Source: Sphaerodactylus townsendi
Taxonomy: Eukaryota
Length of the DNA: 64,000 nucleotides
Reading direction: 5' to 3'
Assembly: GCF_021028975.2 (NCBI RefSeq)
Contig: NC_059428.1
Span: forward strand, 40,672,001 to 40,736,000
This document shows positions 1 to 12,200 of the stretch, in pieces. The position numbers were made by a program, and so were the translations under genes. A model generated the notes under the pieces. It was not told the origin of the DNA. It saw nothing but the letters and a program-made list of their open reading frames with translations, and did no database searches. How positions within the stretch are numbered: the stretch's first letter is position 1; every line of letters begins with the position of its first letter.

Positions 1-138
1 TTCCTGCATAACACATACAGGAGATCTAACATGAACTCAACACAAATACAGCCCACCAATTATGAACTGTAGAACTTGGCAGGTGCTAGCAGTCAATAGT
101 TGAAAGTTACAGCAAAACACTAGAAGCGAATAGGCTGC

Positions 139-415
139 TGTGATGAACAGTTAGCTTAAGATGTCTTAGACCAGTCAAGAGAACCCTGGTAGACAGGGGG
201 TTGAAAAAAAATTCTACTATTGACCTAAGAGAGTGGCAGTTGAGAATATAAGTCAGGAAGGAAGGTGGGGTGAGTGAAGGAGGAGAGGAGGATTGAGGAG
301 GATCCTGAAACAGGGAAGTGAAAGTGGTAGTCCTTCCCTGAGGGAAATAGCTCCCAGGAAAAGTGATTTCTATCAAGTGTTAAAAAGAAGTAAAATTGGA
401 ACCTGTGTGTATGTT
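139..415. repeat. LTR-like dispersed repeat, diverged copy of 2277-2626
   Basis: Shared blocks GACARGGGGTT.AAAAA.AATTC.ACT.TTGACCT and CTGAGGGAAATAGCTCC...TCAAGTGTTAAA in both copies; TG start. Confidence 0.5.
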
Positions 416-423
416 CCTGCCTC

Positions 424-960
424 CAGAGGCGGAGCTTCCTCGGGGACATCTGGGGACAAATGCCCCAGGCGGCCACCTTTCAGTCATGTGGAGAGGGTGG
501 AAAATCGCCCCCACACCCCTCCTCCTTCCCCCCGGCTGTCCTCCTCAGTTTGAGGTGCTTGGCTTAGCTCGGTGGTAGGCAGCGCGCAAGCGAGGAAAAA
601 GGTAAGGCTCAGCACGCCCTGCCCCCTGCCAGGCCCTGCTCTCCACCTACCGCCCCCATCTGGAGAGCCCCGTGCAGCACCCTGCCAGGCAAACCCGCCC
701 TGCCTTCCCCCCAACTCCCACAAATCCTCCTGGCCTCCCCCTCCCCCCAGCAAGCCCGTGGGCCCTTTTCTGCCTCCCTCCCACCCCCGCAAGGAAGTCT
801 AGGCCTGCAGAGCAGCTCCGCGGGCCCTTCCCCACCCCCACGAGGAAGCCCAGGCCCACGGAGCAGCTCTGTGGGCCATTCCCTTCCTCCCCCACCCCCA
901 CCCTAACCTTCAGCTTCCCACCCCCCCTCAAGCCTCATTTTTTAACCCTCCCCCATTTTC
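424..960. repeat. GC-rich truncated hAT-like MITE with an internal ~51-bp tandem duplication (about 781-890)
   Basis: Starts CAGAGGCGGAGCT, like the terminal repeat of the element at 36954; no right terminal repeat seen. Confidence 0.4.
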
Positions 961-1244
961 TAACCTTCCCCTACCCAAAAAACTGTCTTCCCTGTTATAA
1001 GTGTCTTCAACAGCCTCCAACAATCCTATAGAACTAGCTGATTTATTCTAAAACTTAGCAGTTCAGGGTGAATACAAACAAAGATATGGGAATGTTGCCT
1101 ACCACGCTAAGGCAAAAAACTGCAACACACAGAAGATAAGAGCAAGTCCTTTGTTGTGCCACTGAAAGAGGAAGAAATAATCCCAATTAGGCAAAACCAA
1201 ATTATTATGTATTTTATTAAATGGCTATCAATTCAAGCACTCAC

Positions 1245-1280
1245 CCAGAAAACTGAACACAAAGTCAAGGTGAAACACAA
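1245..1280 (-). CDS. SFT2D2: SFT2D2 coding exon 5 ([12 protein letters not shown])
   Basis: 36 nt, TAG acceptor after a pyrimidine tract, GTGAG donor; matches recalled human LCFALTLCSAFW. Confidence 0.9.
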
Positions 1281-1826
1281 CTAGAGGAGAAGAGAGAAAA
1301 AAATCTATGAAGGGAGATACTATGTCAACTGACCATTAATGTATTCCTGTTTAAAAGTAGGGAACAGTTTATTTAAGGTAATGTAAGAACTGTTAACATT
1401 TTTTAAATGTTTTTATAATACTTAACCCACTCACACAAGATACTTTTATTTAAGGCTATTGGTCTAATCCAATGTCTTCTACACTTTTTGTCTATATAAT
1501 TTAACTAGCAGTTAAATAGTGATAAGCATTCTAATAGCACACCTACACACAGATGCAATGGTAGGATATGTTTTTACACTCAACAACCTCTAAAAAATAG
1601 TATATTCTAGTTGCCCTTTCCTACGTTAACCAGATGGTGGAAACCTTGCTCCTTTCATTCAATAATATACCTATTTTTTATACACGATCTACTAACTTCT
1701 TCAAGATGACATGGAAAACATCCAAAAGTTGCTTCAATTAGGAGAGTTTAAGCAAAATCTTTAACATTACGCTGAAGCCCATTCCAACCCACATATAAGC
1801 TTTTAAAAATTAACTTCATGACTTAC

Positions 1827-1908
1827 GAGCATGACTATAGTAGCTATCAAACGGGTTGGTTCAAACATTCTTTTCAATTGCCTCATAGGCCCCATAAGGA
1901 AGATGGTG
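1827..1908 (-). CDS. SFT2D2: SFT2D2 coding exon 4 ([28 protein letters not shown])
   Basis: 82 nt, SFT2/Got1-family signature FLMGP..QLKRMF..TRLIAT, GTAAG donor. Confidence 0.96.
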
Positions 1909-2276
1909 CTGTAACAAGAAAAATACCTTATCAGAAATATCTTAACACATCTGTAGGCAGCCAAAAGGGTCAATATCTGTATATGACTCAAGTTTAAAGC
2001 AACACAATACAGTAATTGGGCAATTTTATGCAGTCCACTAATTTCAATGGACTTAACTCAAATTACTCTGCACAGGATTGCATTGTAAATATACTAGAGG
2101 AACTATAACACATATTGATTCCCAAGATAATACTGTGCACTTCAAGGAAAGTTTGAAATACTGCATAGAAGAACAATAATTTCCTAATACAGTTTTCCCT
2201 AAGTCTACTTCATTTATTTTTATTTACACCTTTCAAAAAAATCATATCCATCTCAAAACATGGTTTTCAAGGTATC

Positions 2277-2626
2277 TGTGACAGATGGCTGCAGATACCT
2301 TATACCGGTCTGGGAACCTTGACAAGGGGTTCAAAAATAATTCCACTGTTGACCTGGGGGAGTGTGAGAATCAGAGTTTAGCAGTTGGGAGTGATGGAGG
2401 AAAATTAGTGTAGGATGGAGGAAGATTTTGAGTTAGGGAAGTGAAACTGATTGTCCTTCTCTGAGGGAAATAGCTCCTAAGAAAAGGGGGTGATTCATTT
2501 CAAGTGTTAAAGAAGGAAAATTGAAACCTGTTCCTGATTCTACAAACGTTAGAAATTTTGTGTCAAATAAGTTTAAGTCTGTTTTATCAAAGGAGAGACA
2601 GCAAAGTGATCTCTCTCAACCATTAC
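2277..2626. repeat. LTR-like dispersed repeat (TG...CA)
   Basis: Homologous to 139-415; no clear TSD. Confidence 0.45.
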
Positions 2627-2653
2627 ATATACCTGTCAATAGAACAGCTACAT

Positions 2654-2892
2654 CAGAGGTGGGCAATTATTTTTTCCATGGGGCCGCATAAGAAACAGAA
2701 AATATTGTGGAGGGCCGGGCCAAAAGGCAGGGGGGCGAGGCGCTTTTGAAAGCCCCGCAGAAGCCGGCAGCCAAGGCAACCGGCTTCTGCGGGTCTTTCA
2801 AAGACGCCTCACTCCCCAGCAAGGCAGGGGGGCCAGTCAGGGTCATCCGGCGGGCCGGATGTGGCCCGCGGGCCATATAATGCCCGGGTCTG
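2654..2892. mobile_element. hAT-type MITE
   Basis: Perfect 8-bp TSD AGCTACAT; imperfect terminal repeats CAGAGGTGGGCA...TGCCCGGGTCTG. Confidence 0.88.
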
Positions 2893-3145
2893 AGCTACAT
2901 TCTTGTGACAAACTATTGACTGCATAAAGCTATACAAAGTTTCCCTCATTCCTATTATCTTTTCACCTGCCAAGTTTAAATGTAAAACTTCTAATAGTCT
3001 GACTTGTCCCTTTCTCCACAAGAGAAAAATAAAACAATTTATGTGTTGAGAATTCATATCAGTCTCTCGTGTGCCATATTCAAACATATACTAATAAAGA
3101 CTTTTTCAGTTTCTCAGCTTCCTAGGCTGAGTCAGAATAAATCTA

Positions 3146-3326
3146 CCGTATATACCGGCGTATAAGACGACTAGGGGTATAAGACAACCCCCCAACTTTT
3201 CCAGTTAAAATATAGAGTACCACCTGCTCAGTACCACCCACTCAGTACCTGGCGTATAAGACGACCCCAGACTTTACAGATGATTTCCCAGGGTTCAAAA
3301 GTAGTCTTATACGCCAGTATATACAG
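3146..3326. mobile_element. Tc1/pogo-type MITE
   Basis: TA TSD; terminal repeats CCGTATATACCGGCGTATAAGAC / GTCTTATACGCCAGTATATACAG. Confidence 0.88.
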
Positions 3327-4172
3327 TATATAAATTTCATACAACTGGGGATTGGGGAACCATCATTCAAAATAAACATACAATTAAAATAGATTAAAAT
3401 AATAACAAATCCCATAAAACAGCTAGGAATGATCAACCAAGGTTTATATGTCTAAAATGAAGATTAGGTGCCAATGAAACAAATATGAAGGGAAATTCCA
3501 CAAGCAAGGTATCATAGCAGAAAAGGCCACTTCTCGCTCCTACAGGCAGGGCATGTACAGAAGGGCCTTTAAGTCAGGAAGTCTATTAAGAAAATATAGC
3601 CAAGGCAGTGCTCAAATTGAGAACCAGGTGTTCACTGGCCACCTCTAAGAAAAAAAATAATAGCACTGGTAACATTTTGTCTTTGGTCATGTAATACTGC
3701 TCGTTGTTTCCTATTTCCACAGATAAGAATACCATAACTATTCTTTCTAGCTGCAACAATGTAGTAACATCAAGCATAACTAAGCACTGTAGTCTGTATA
3801 TTTGGTTCCAATTCTTTTATCACTGGGACCACAGCAGGTTTCAGAAGCCTCCCAAGCCACAGAGTAATGGGCAACTCCATGCAACAGGCCAGGCACCTGG
3901 CTATTACTGCACCAGCCTGCCGCTCCCAAGGTGGTGTGGTAAGGCTACAAACATGTAAAAACCTACCTGCCAGAATGCCCACATTGGGCTTAACAGACTT
4001 AAGCCACCCCATAGGTGATATAAGTCCAAAGTCCTGGCCACCAGCATAATAGGGCCAATGGCCAGAAGGAAACTGACCAGCATTGGCTCCTCCCCCAGCC
4101 ACCCGCCCTTGGACTAACCCTGCTATGCTGGCAGCAGCACAGAGACACTGGCGCGGCACTCAGCACTGCGTC

Positions 4173-4364
4173 CAGAGGTGGGATCCAACCAGTTCTCACC
4201 ACTTCTCTAGAAGTGGTTACTAATTTTTTCTGAGTACCGAGAAGGGATTACTAAAGCAACCTTCCTGCCCAATAGGGATTGGAGGTGCGTGTGTGCGGCA
4301 GTGCCACTGTTTGAATCCCACCACCATCGGAACCTGTTATTAAAATTTTTGGATCCCACCACTG
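4173..4364. mobile_element. hAT-type MITE, internally deleted relative of 17341-17869
   Basis: Terminal repeats CAGAGGTGGGATCC / GGATCCCACCACTG; TSD ACTGCGTC/GCTGCGTC (1 mismatch). Confidence 0.87.
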
Positions 4365-4610
4365 GCTGCGTCCCACCACTGCGGAGGGCCGCTGCACCCA
4401 TGCACAGATGGATTAGCCATAAAAATCTAACATAAAAATCTTACAACTGTTTCCAAGAGAAATTACCATGATTAGCAATATATTAATAATAATTGGATAG
4501 AGGAAGACAAGAGGCTTTGAGTAGTCTTTGAAGAAACAAAATTTTCAGTATCAATGGCAGTATAAACACACCTTTATTTTAAACATGTTAATGAAACATC
4601 CTGGAGAGTA

Positions 4611-4935
4611 GTGGAGTGCCACAGAGTTCTGTCCTGGACCCAGCACTATTCAATATTTTTTATCAATGACTTGGATAATGAAATAGAGGGCATATTAATT
4701 AAATTTGCATATGATAACAAATTAGGAGGGGCAGCTAATAGCCTGGAGGACAAGGGCAGGATTCAAAATTATCTGGACAGATTAGAGAGCTGGGCCAAAA
4801 CTAACACAGTGAATTTCAACAGAGATAAATGTAAGATTCTACACTCAGGCAGAAAAAATGAAATGCACATAGGATGGGTGACACCTGGCTTGACAGCAGT
4901 ACATGTGAAAGAGATCTGGGAGTCTTAGTAGACCA
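4611..4935 (+). mobile_element. CR1 LINE reverse-transcriptase fragment
   Basis: FINDLDNEIEGILIKFAYDNKLGG...LDRLESWA...FNRDKCKILH. Confidence 0.88.
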
Positions 4936-5115
4936 TGGTTAAATTACTTCCCAAATTGAAGATTAACTGAAACGCACAAAAATGATACCTTACTTCAATG
5001 TCAACTATTCCAGATTTAACTACAACAGGAAAAAAGATTGTACGTTGCAAGAATCGACATTTCACTAAGTTCATTAATAAAATTTACTATAATTTTTAAC
5101 AGAAAAAGTGATTAC

Positions 5116-5201
5116 CTTCCAAGGGATGAGATATTTCCAATAGTGTAAAATGTTACAAACAATACAAGTCCTTTCCTGGGCACCCATAGCAGGCAAGTAC
5201 C
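5116..5201 (-). CDS. SFT2D2: SFT2D2 coding exon 3 ([28 protein letters not shown])
   Basis: 86 nt, AG/GT junctions, phase 0-2. Confidence 0.94.
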
Positions 5202-6268
5202 CTTGAGAGGAAGATAAGATGAAAAAAGACTATAAAACAAAGCATCTGTAACTAGAGCTATTAAACATGAATTCTCATTCTTTCAAAAACTACTTAATGG
5301 AGCATAAAACATTGTGATAAACCAGCATTCTTCTCTCATACAAAATCATTCATCAGCCTACAAATGTATAAACTAATACTGCAAATCCAGGTTTCACCGG
5401 ACAGGGAACACTGGGTTGAATCACACGTATCTGTTCTCTTACTAGCAGCATGTCCAGAAGGATCCTCTGGTATTAGAATCTGTGGGATCAGTAGAAAGAT
5501 CTTTGTGTCAAAGCACCACCCATAGGAGAACAGATCTGTGGGATCCAGCCCTAACAAAACGTAAGCACGACTCTGCTGTAATGTCAATTAGTGACAGGTT
5601 ATGCTGACGTTATTAATAAAGAAACTTCAATGAAAGCTACAGTTTAGCAAACCAACTAAAGTTTTTTTTCAACAAATCAACTCAAGTTGTTTTTTTAAAA
5701 TACTACTAATGACATATGCAATGAAGCCAGCTTTCTCCATAGATATTAGAAGAGTGTTTTGGCCTCACATCACAGCTGTTAGAGATTAAACTAACTTGCT
5801 ACAGGTGACCAATGAACTTCAGAGCTAAAGGGAATCTGGACTTGAGTTTCCCACATTAAGACCCCTAAACCCTAGCTTTAAACAGATTTTAAAAAGAAAA
5901 AGAAACATAAACTGTTAGAAACAAGTCAACATATTTCAAAACATCGGAAATCTAGTTGCATTTTTAACTGTTCTCTGTTCATACGGATGTGGAAGAACAG
6001 AAAGCTGTACACACAGAAAGAGAACAATTTAAATAGTAATAAATGCAAAATCTGTAAAATACCAAAATTCTAAAAATCCACTACTGCCAAAGAAATTGTA
6101 TATGGAGAATCATGGAAGTATTAAATGTTCAGGAACAATATGGTGAAATGAAAAAAAAACTTGCTTACGAACTCCAGTTACACAAGGTATCAACAGACTG
6201 CTTTAAAGACTACGGTATACAAGTGTCAGAGAAAAGGTGAATATTTTAAAATAAAGACTAACAGAACA

Positions 6269-6478
6269 ACAGCCCAATCCAGAGCCCTGGGCAGCTAGGG
6301 ATTGGTGATGCCGCAACAACATCTTGTCACCTCCAGAGGGCTTTCTAGCTGTGCAAGGAGGGTACGATTTGTCCTTCTGGTGGGGTAAGTGCCCTGGGGA
6401 TAGCAAATCTGCCAGTGCAGCCCAACACCACCTCCAAGAATCACTTCAGCCCCCCCCCCCCCCCGATTGGGTTGTAAG
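6269..6478. mobile_element. MITE-like element with CAGCCCAATCC / GATTGGGTTG ends
   Basis: Imperfect terminal inverted repeats; similar ends at 49320-49697 and near 38840. Confidence 0.45.
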
Positions 6479-6574
6479 CAGTTCAATAAGAATAAGGGTG
6501 CAATTAGAAATACATAATTTAATCAAGTCTGCTATGGAGTAACGTTAGCCACTATCTGTTCATATATGTATGGT

Positions 6575-6868
6575 ACAACCTGCTAGATCAAACCAAGCTT
6601 ACACTTTCCCTAGAAGCTAAAATAACTAAAGTGAGACTATTGTACTTGAGTCTCATTACAAAGAGATAGAAAACAATAATCTTAGAAAAAGTTGAAAGCA
6701 GCAGGAAAAGAGGAAGACCCAACACGGGATGGAGTGATTTACTAAAGGAAACCCTGTCCTCAATTTGGGAGACCTGAGCAAGCCTGTTAATGGTAGGAGG
6801 TTTTGGAGATCATTAAATTATACATTTGCCATAAGGCAGAAGCGACTTAACAGCACATAACACATAAT
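6575..6868 (+). mobile_element. RTE/BovB-like LINE 3' fragment
   Basis: GAAAAAGTTGAAAGCAGCAGGAAAAGAGGAAGACCC (KVE.SRKRGRP); similar to 26000-26200. Confidence 0.7.
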
Positions 6869-7739
6869 CTTCCTTTTAAAAACTGAGTGACAAGAACACC
6901 ATTCTTCTTAACCAAAACTGACTGTATGCTGTAATGACTGGTTGTTGTCAAAGACCCGTCCAGGCCTTTGGGTTGGTAGCAATGCCAAGCCCTGGGCTCT
7001 AAACTAGTGCTCAGACACAAAACAAATTTTATTTTGTATTTTCTGCTTAAAAGAAAGGTTGTAAGATAGTGGCTTTAAAAAAGAGGCAGTGAATACAAAC
7101 TCATAAGGTGAATTTTCAAACACACATTAAAACAATGTAGTACATTTACCAAATAAAAGAAATACCGGCTAGAACATCTAACAGAAGTCCTCAGTGCACA
7201 AGCAAAATTCTTCAAACAAGATAGAGGCAAAGACAGACAAAGAAAAGATGGCTACTAACTCAGATGAAACTAATTTGTGGCATAAACTGGCCACACCAAA
7301 TAGTTACCAATTAACCAATCAGTTATCAAGTTTGTGAGAACAGGTATCAAGTTAGGTGAGCAAATCTCCCCCCCCCCACCCTTTTGAGTCTTGCAATTAG
7401 GGTTTTAGCTGACCAGTTGGATCCAGCTGAAAAGAATTGGAGTTGACTCCATGCCCCTAATGAGGAATCTGACCTTGGTGATGGTACAGCCCCTCTCTCT
7501 ATAAACACCTACTTCTAAACTATGAGAAAAATGAGACAGAAAACAAGATTTTTATAAGCTTTTCCAATAATCAAAATGGAGCCTCTTTGGACTTGGAAAT
7601 ATACAAGCAAAATGGTTACCCTCTTCACAGTTGTCTCCCAGTGATATTATGGGATCATTTCCCTTTCAAAGTGTCACATTTGCACACACACTGACACTCT
7701 GATTTGTGTGTGGAGGGGGGACGGGACTGTCAAACTGCA

Positions 7740-7915
7740 GTTAACATGGCAACCCTGTAGGGTTTTCAAGCCAAGAGATGTACAGATGTCATTGTCCGTC
7801 TCTGGCAGCAGTCCTAGATTTCCTTGCTAGTCTCCCTCCAAGTAGATACCAGGCTGACCCTACTTAGCTTTTAAGACATGATGAGAGGGGGCTAGCCTGT
7901 GCTATCTAGGTCAGG
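7740..7915 (-). mobile_element. 5S-rRNA-headed SINE (5S-Sauria-like), degraded
   Basis: Reverse complement contains ACTTGGAGGGAGACTAGCAAGGAAATC, resembling the 5S box C region. Confidence 0.55.
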
Positions 7916-8226
7916 GCAAAAAATTGCTAAGCCCAGCTGAAAATATTAGGCGGAGAAAGACAATGGACAATAAGTGTTCAATTTGTCTGCCACTAGCATT
8001 ATAAAAGATGGAGAAAGGTGCGCATCGCTCCAAAGTACATATATCAATTTGTGCTGCAACTTCTAGAAGTTTTAATGCATCTTTATGTACTGCAAATTAT
8101 GAATATCAGATCTGTCAACATCCATCAGCCCAAGCAATGACAGGAAGCAAACTCATTTATCCTGCCCATATAGAAAGGTCTGCCATGCCAAAAAATTTTA
8201 AAAAATAAAAAGGAAAGGATGACTCG

Positions 8227-8496
8227 GGGTTTTCCACATGTGTTATTTCATCTGTTGTGTGCCCACACTGCTTTGTCTTTTTTTCCCCTTTTCCACATGT
8301 GTTTTGCTCTCACTAGTGGTCACTTTGATCTTTGGTTTTTTACAAGCACTTTCATAATACTCAGAGAAAACCCAGAAAAAAATCATTGAAAAAATCAAAG
8401 CGACCTCTACAGGGAGCAAAACATGTGCACAAAAGAAGGGGGGAAAGACACAATACAAACACACAACTAACGAAATAACACATACAGAAAAAACCA
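8227..8496. mobile_element. Palindromic MITE (possibly PIF/Harbinger-like)
   Basis: GGTTTTCCACATGTGTTATTT ... AAATAACACATACAGAAAAAACC ends; internal inverted CACATGTGTTTTGCTC / GAGCAAAACATGTG. Confidence 0.5.
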
Positions 8497-8945
8497 TACA
8501 CTTATTGGCTGTCCCTTCCTAAAGCATTCAGCACAGCTGTATGTAGAAAGAGAATAGTCAGGTTTAATGTGATAATTAGTTCTTCAACATTCTAATTTAT
8601 CAGTGGATGGTCAAGTCCCTCTTCTGTCTGTGTTATCTGTTGTTCTGATGTTGTATTATATGCAGCCTTCTCATACTCCTGTTTCAGAAGGCCTGAGATT
8701 AGAGAAATTGCATTTAGACTTTCCTGTCACCAGTCCAAAAGAGAACAGATAAATCCCCGGATTACATACTAATTTTTTTAAAAAATTACCCACACAGACC
8801 CAATCTTGATGTGTAGCTGGAATACAATCAAGAAGAATGGCAAACAAATGACTGTAAATAGCTTGCTGGACAGTTAAAAATGAAAGAAGTCAAACATCTA
8901 ACCTTTACCTTACACAAGCTGATAGAAGAAAGATAGAAGTCTTAC

Positions 8946-9032
8946 CAAAATCGAGCAGAGAACTCCTATAGCAAAACAAGCTATGAAACCTTTCAATCTT
9001 GTGCTCCAGCTTAGAGAACTTGCATCAACCAC
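8946..9032 (-). CDS. SFT2D2: SFT2D2 coding exon 2 ([29 protein letters not shown])
   Basis: 87 nt, CAG acceptor and GTAAG donor, phase 0-0. Confidence 0.95.
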
Positions 9033-10439
9033 CTGCAAGATTTAAAAAGACCTTCATTAAAACTATAAGCACAACATTTTAAGGCAAGCAGATGGTAAGC
9101 CCACATAGATCTTAGAAGTTAAAGCAGCAGAAAATAAAGGAAATGTATACAATATCCTATGGTCTATTACGAAAAGAATGACCCATGTTTCTAACTTAAG
9201 TAAATTACCATTGTGAAATAAATGTTACTGAATCAAGAACATTTTTGTACAATTGTTTACATGAAGGTCATCACACATGAACATGTTTCTAATGCCAAAG
9301 AAATTGTACCTCACCACCTCTATTCTTCCAGCCATTTTAGAAACTGAGTTTTTAAACATGCACATCAGTTATTTTTTTCTCCAACATTTTATTTTGACCA
9401 TCAATACACTCAACTACAGCATTTTCTTTTCTAATATTCACAGAAAGCAATTCTCAAGCTTCCCTGCATATTAGCTGTGCTTCATTATATTATTTAGCTA
9501 CCTTCCATCTTACTTGCTTTATCAAAGTTGAAAGCTTTGTGTCAAGGTTTCCCTAACAGGATTCAGTCAACCAAAGTGCCCACACTATTGTAGACCCTTT
9601 TTTTGTGTAGAATAGAATCAAACATAATTTCCAAGACATGCGGGACATAAATATTTCAATAATATAAATAAAAGTAATAAATACTGTAACCTTGCTGAAG
9701 CTCAGCAGGACTGAAATGGAAGGTGAGTTAGACAGAAATAATTAAATGAAGATGTTCTAAAAGTACTTGGAAGTCTTAGTATGCTTTCCAAGTACAACTG
9801 TTTTGTAAAACACTAATCCTTTAACAAATTTGCATCGTTTTAACTATTGTTCTAAAACACCAGCAAAAGCAGTGAACATCTGAAAATATTAAAGGGGACT
9901 TTAAAGTCAGTTATACAATCTCTAAAACCCAAAGAATGTATTACTTCAAGTAAAGATTGGATTGGGAGATAGAGCAGAATAATTAAACCAAAGTTTAACA
10001 CCACATAATAAGTATCCCACAACTTTTCCTGTTGCTAGGCTCATAATTATGTAAAACGAAACAATTCTTTGGAGATTAATATCATGCAGCTTTTCCAGTA
10101 ATACTTCCTAAAGTGGTAATTCCACTGCAGGGATATATTTTTTCCAACCACAACGATGTAATATTTTATGTCAAAGGCATGCCTTTGAGGAGTCCCAGCG
10201 TTATTAGCCTTTTAAAGAGAAGAGGTTGGTGCTGATAATAGCGATAACACAAAAAAGCCCAGCTTGTGAACTTTTACATCCTCTGTCTTTCCTCCCAAGC
10301 CTTTTAAAAAGAGTTTCAAAAAGCAGTACAGCTAGCCCTCCTTTCTCACCATTCTTTGAACTGTTGCTTAATTTTTTAAAAACTTTCCTTAAAGTTCATG
10401 GCTTTACCATAGAGGAAAGCTAGTGCTGGAATTTTAACA

Positions 10440-10632
10440 ACGATTTGGGAGACCACAGGTTTGAAGCCCAACTCTACCATGGATTCTCACTGTGTGACTT
10501 TGGACAAGCCATAAACTCTCAGTCTCACATACCTTACAGGGTTACTGTGCGGATAAAATAGGAGACGCGAACAGTGTAAGCCATTTTGGGTCCCCACTAG
10601 GGAGAAAGCTATCACATAAATTAAACAAACAA
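10440..10632 (+). mobile_element. Old tRNA-derived SINE
   Basis: B-box-like GGTTTGAAGCCC, then GTGACTTTGGACAAGCCA...CTCAGTCTCACATACCTTACAGGGTT body shared with other SINEs here. Confidence 0.55.
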
Positions 10633-11945
10633 ATAAGGTCTATAGCTGTTCAATAAAAGGAAATAGTGGCAGTAGCTCTAAATATAAAATCCAGATGGAT
10701 AAACCCAGTGGTTTCCTTGCATTATATGAAGAACCTTCCAATGGAGGAAAAGTCTTCCCTCCAAATGAAGATTCAGCGCTTAACAAGAAGGAAAAATTCA
10801 ACCCAATCCAGGATTGTTCCTATGTACTTAGCAATAAGTACTTATCCCCATTCCATCTTTTTTTTAAAAAAAACCATCTTTAATTAAGTCAATCATTTAT
10901 TCAAACTATATCATTAATATCATTTAATGTAACAGCTGAAAAAAATCACAAATATATTTGTAACTGCAATATTTTTGTTGTGCTATAGGCAGCCATCACA
11001 AAAATACTTTCAGTCCATGGTGCCGAGATGAAGAATTTTTAAATGTCATAAACAAAGCAGCGATTCTTTGTTAGAAGGTCAGACTTTTTTCTTTTCCTGT
11101 AGGAGGCAATCACGAAACCAAAGCAGCTTTACTTTGTAACAGCGATTGATCAACTGATACTTATATCAGTGAATGTGCTATTTAAAGTAACAATGAATGC
11201 TATTTAAGGTAACAATGAATGTCGGAATGCCAGAATCACTCGTTTTAATATGCACTAAATGTATTCTAAGAAAGTGGCCACGAAATTCTGCCCAGAGTCA
11301 ATTTGGCAGTAAGCAATGACAATACACTTTCCTTTCCACCTTATATCTTTCAGTGTTGCACCATTTTTAATATCCATCTATTTTACTGGGACACTGGCAG
11401 AGGCCACTAGCACTACTTCCCCACTAACAATATGCTGTTGGGTCTCCTATACGGCGCCTGGGGCTTCTAGCTTGGAACGAAATAAGTGGTTAAAACAGAA
11501 AAGCAGCATCTTTCCCAAAGTTTTTTGGGCAGTTTGAGTCCAGACAAAGGAAAGAAATTCTGGTCGGGCTATTATTTGGGGGGTTCTGCACTGGCTGTTT
11601 TAACGATTGCAAATATATTTCACATAAATACGAGCAGTTAAATACACAGAAACTGGTGGCAAGTTGACTACCAGAGCTCAAGCAACAAGGGTGGGGAATG
11701 TCGGGAGCGGGGAGGGCAGGAAAAAGAAGGGTGGAAAGGGCTTGGGGTGAGAAGGGGTGGGGCTGGCAGACAGGAAAGGGACCCTGTTTGGAAAGCACAA
11801 GGAAGCTCGACTTGAAACGATACGGGAGTTAAACAAGGAAGCAGCAGGAGAGACGCTCACCTACAAGACGGCGGCGCAAAGCCCAGATCCATCTGAAGGG
11901 AGAGGCACAGGTGTCCTGCTCAGACCCCACTCAAGAGACCCTTAC

Positions 11946-12008
11946 CTCTGCCAGGGGACTCGGCTCTTCCGCGTCCTGCCCGCTTAGAACCCGTTTCAGC
12001 TTGTCCAT
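11946..12008 (-). CDS. SFT2D2: SFT2D2 coding exon 1 ([21 protein letters not shown])
   Basis: ATG at 12008-12006, 63 nt, GTAAG donor, CpG-rich context. Confidence 0.93.
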
Positions 12009-12029
12009 TGCGCGCAGCCCAGACACTTG

Positions 12030-12200
12030 TTGTGCGCCTCCGGGTTCCACCTACCGCGACGCGGTCTCGAGACGGACGTCTCCTGATCAACCCGCCCATT
12101 TCCTCTGAAGACTACAACTCCCAGCAGCTCCACGTCCTAATGCCGAATCCTTTATCCGTCGCTTGGTGTTGGGAGAGCGTTTCATGGCTTTGTCCTGCAA
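12030..12200 (-). promoter_or_regulatory. SFT2D2 CpG-rich promoter with ZNF143/THAP11-type motif ACTACAACTCCCAGCAGC (12111-12128)
   Basis: CpG-dense region just upstream of the ATG; matches the ACTAYRNNNCCCR housekeeping promoter motif. Confidence 0.7.

Larger units (their letters stand above)
1245..12008 (-). other. SFT2D2: SFT2D2 gene span (vesicle transport protein SFT2B); coding exons 1-5 present, 3' exons lie left of the window
   Basis: Spliced translation [118 protein letters not shown] closely matches recalled human SFT2D2; it lies downstream of TIPRL as in human. Confidence 0.95.

Noticed and set aside
293-1031. Cluster of Pro/Gly-rich ORFs
   Set aside because: They arise from a C-rich repeat within an SFT2D2 intron.
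139-2626. Intact LTR retrotransposon bounded by two similar LTR-like repeats
   Set aside because: The interval contains SFT2D2 exons 4-5 and no gag/pol remnants; the copies are too diverged and look like independent insertions.
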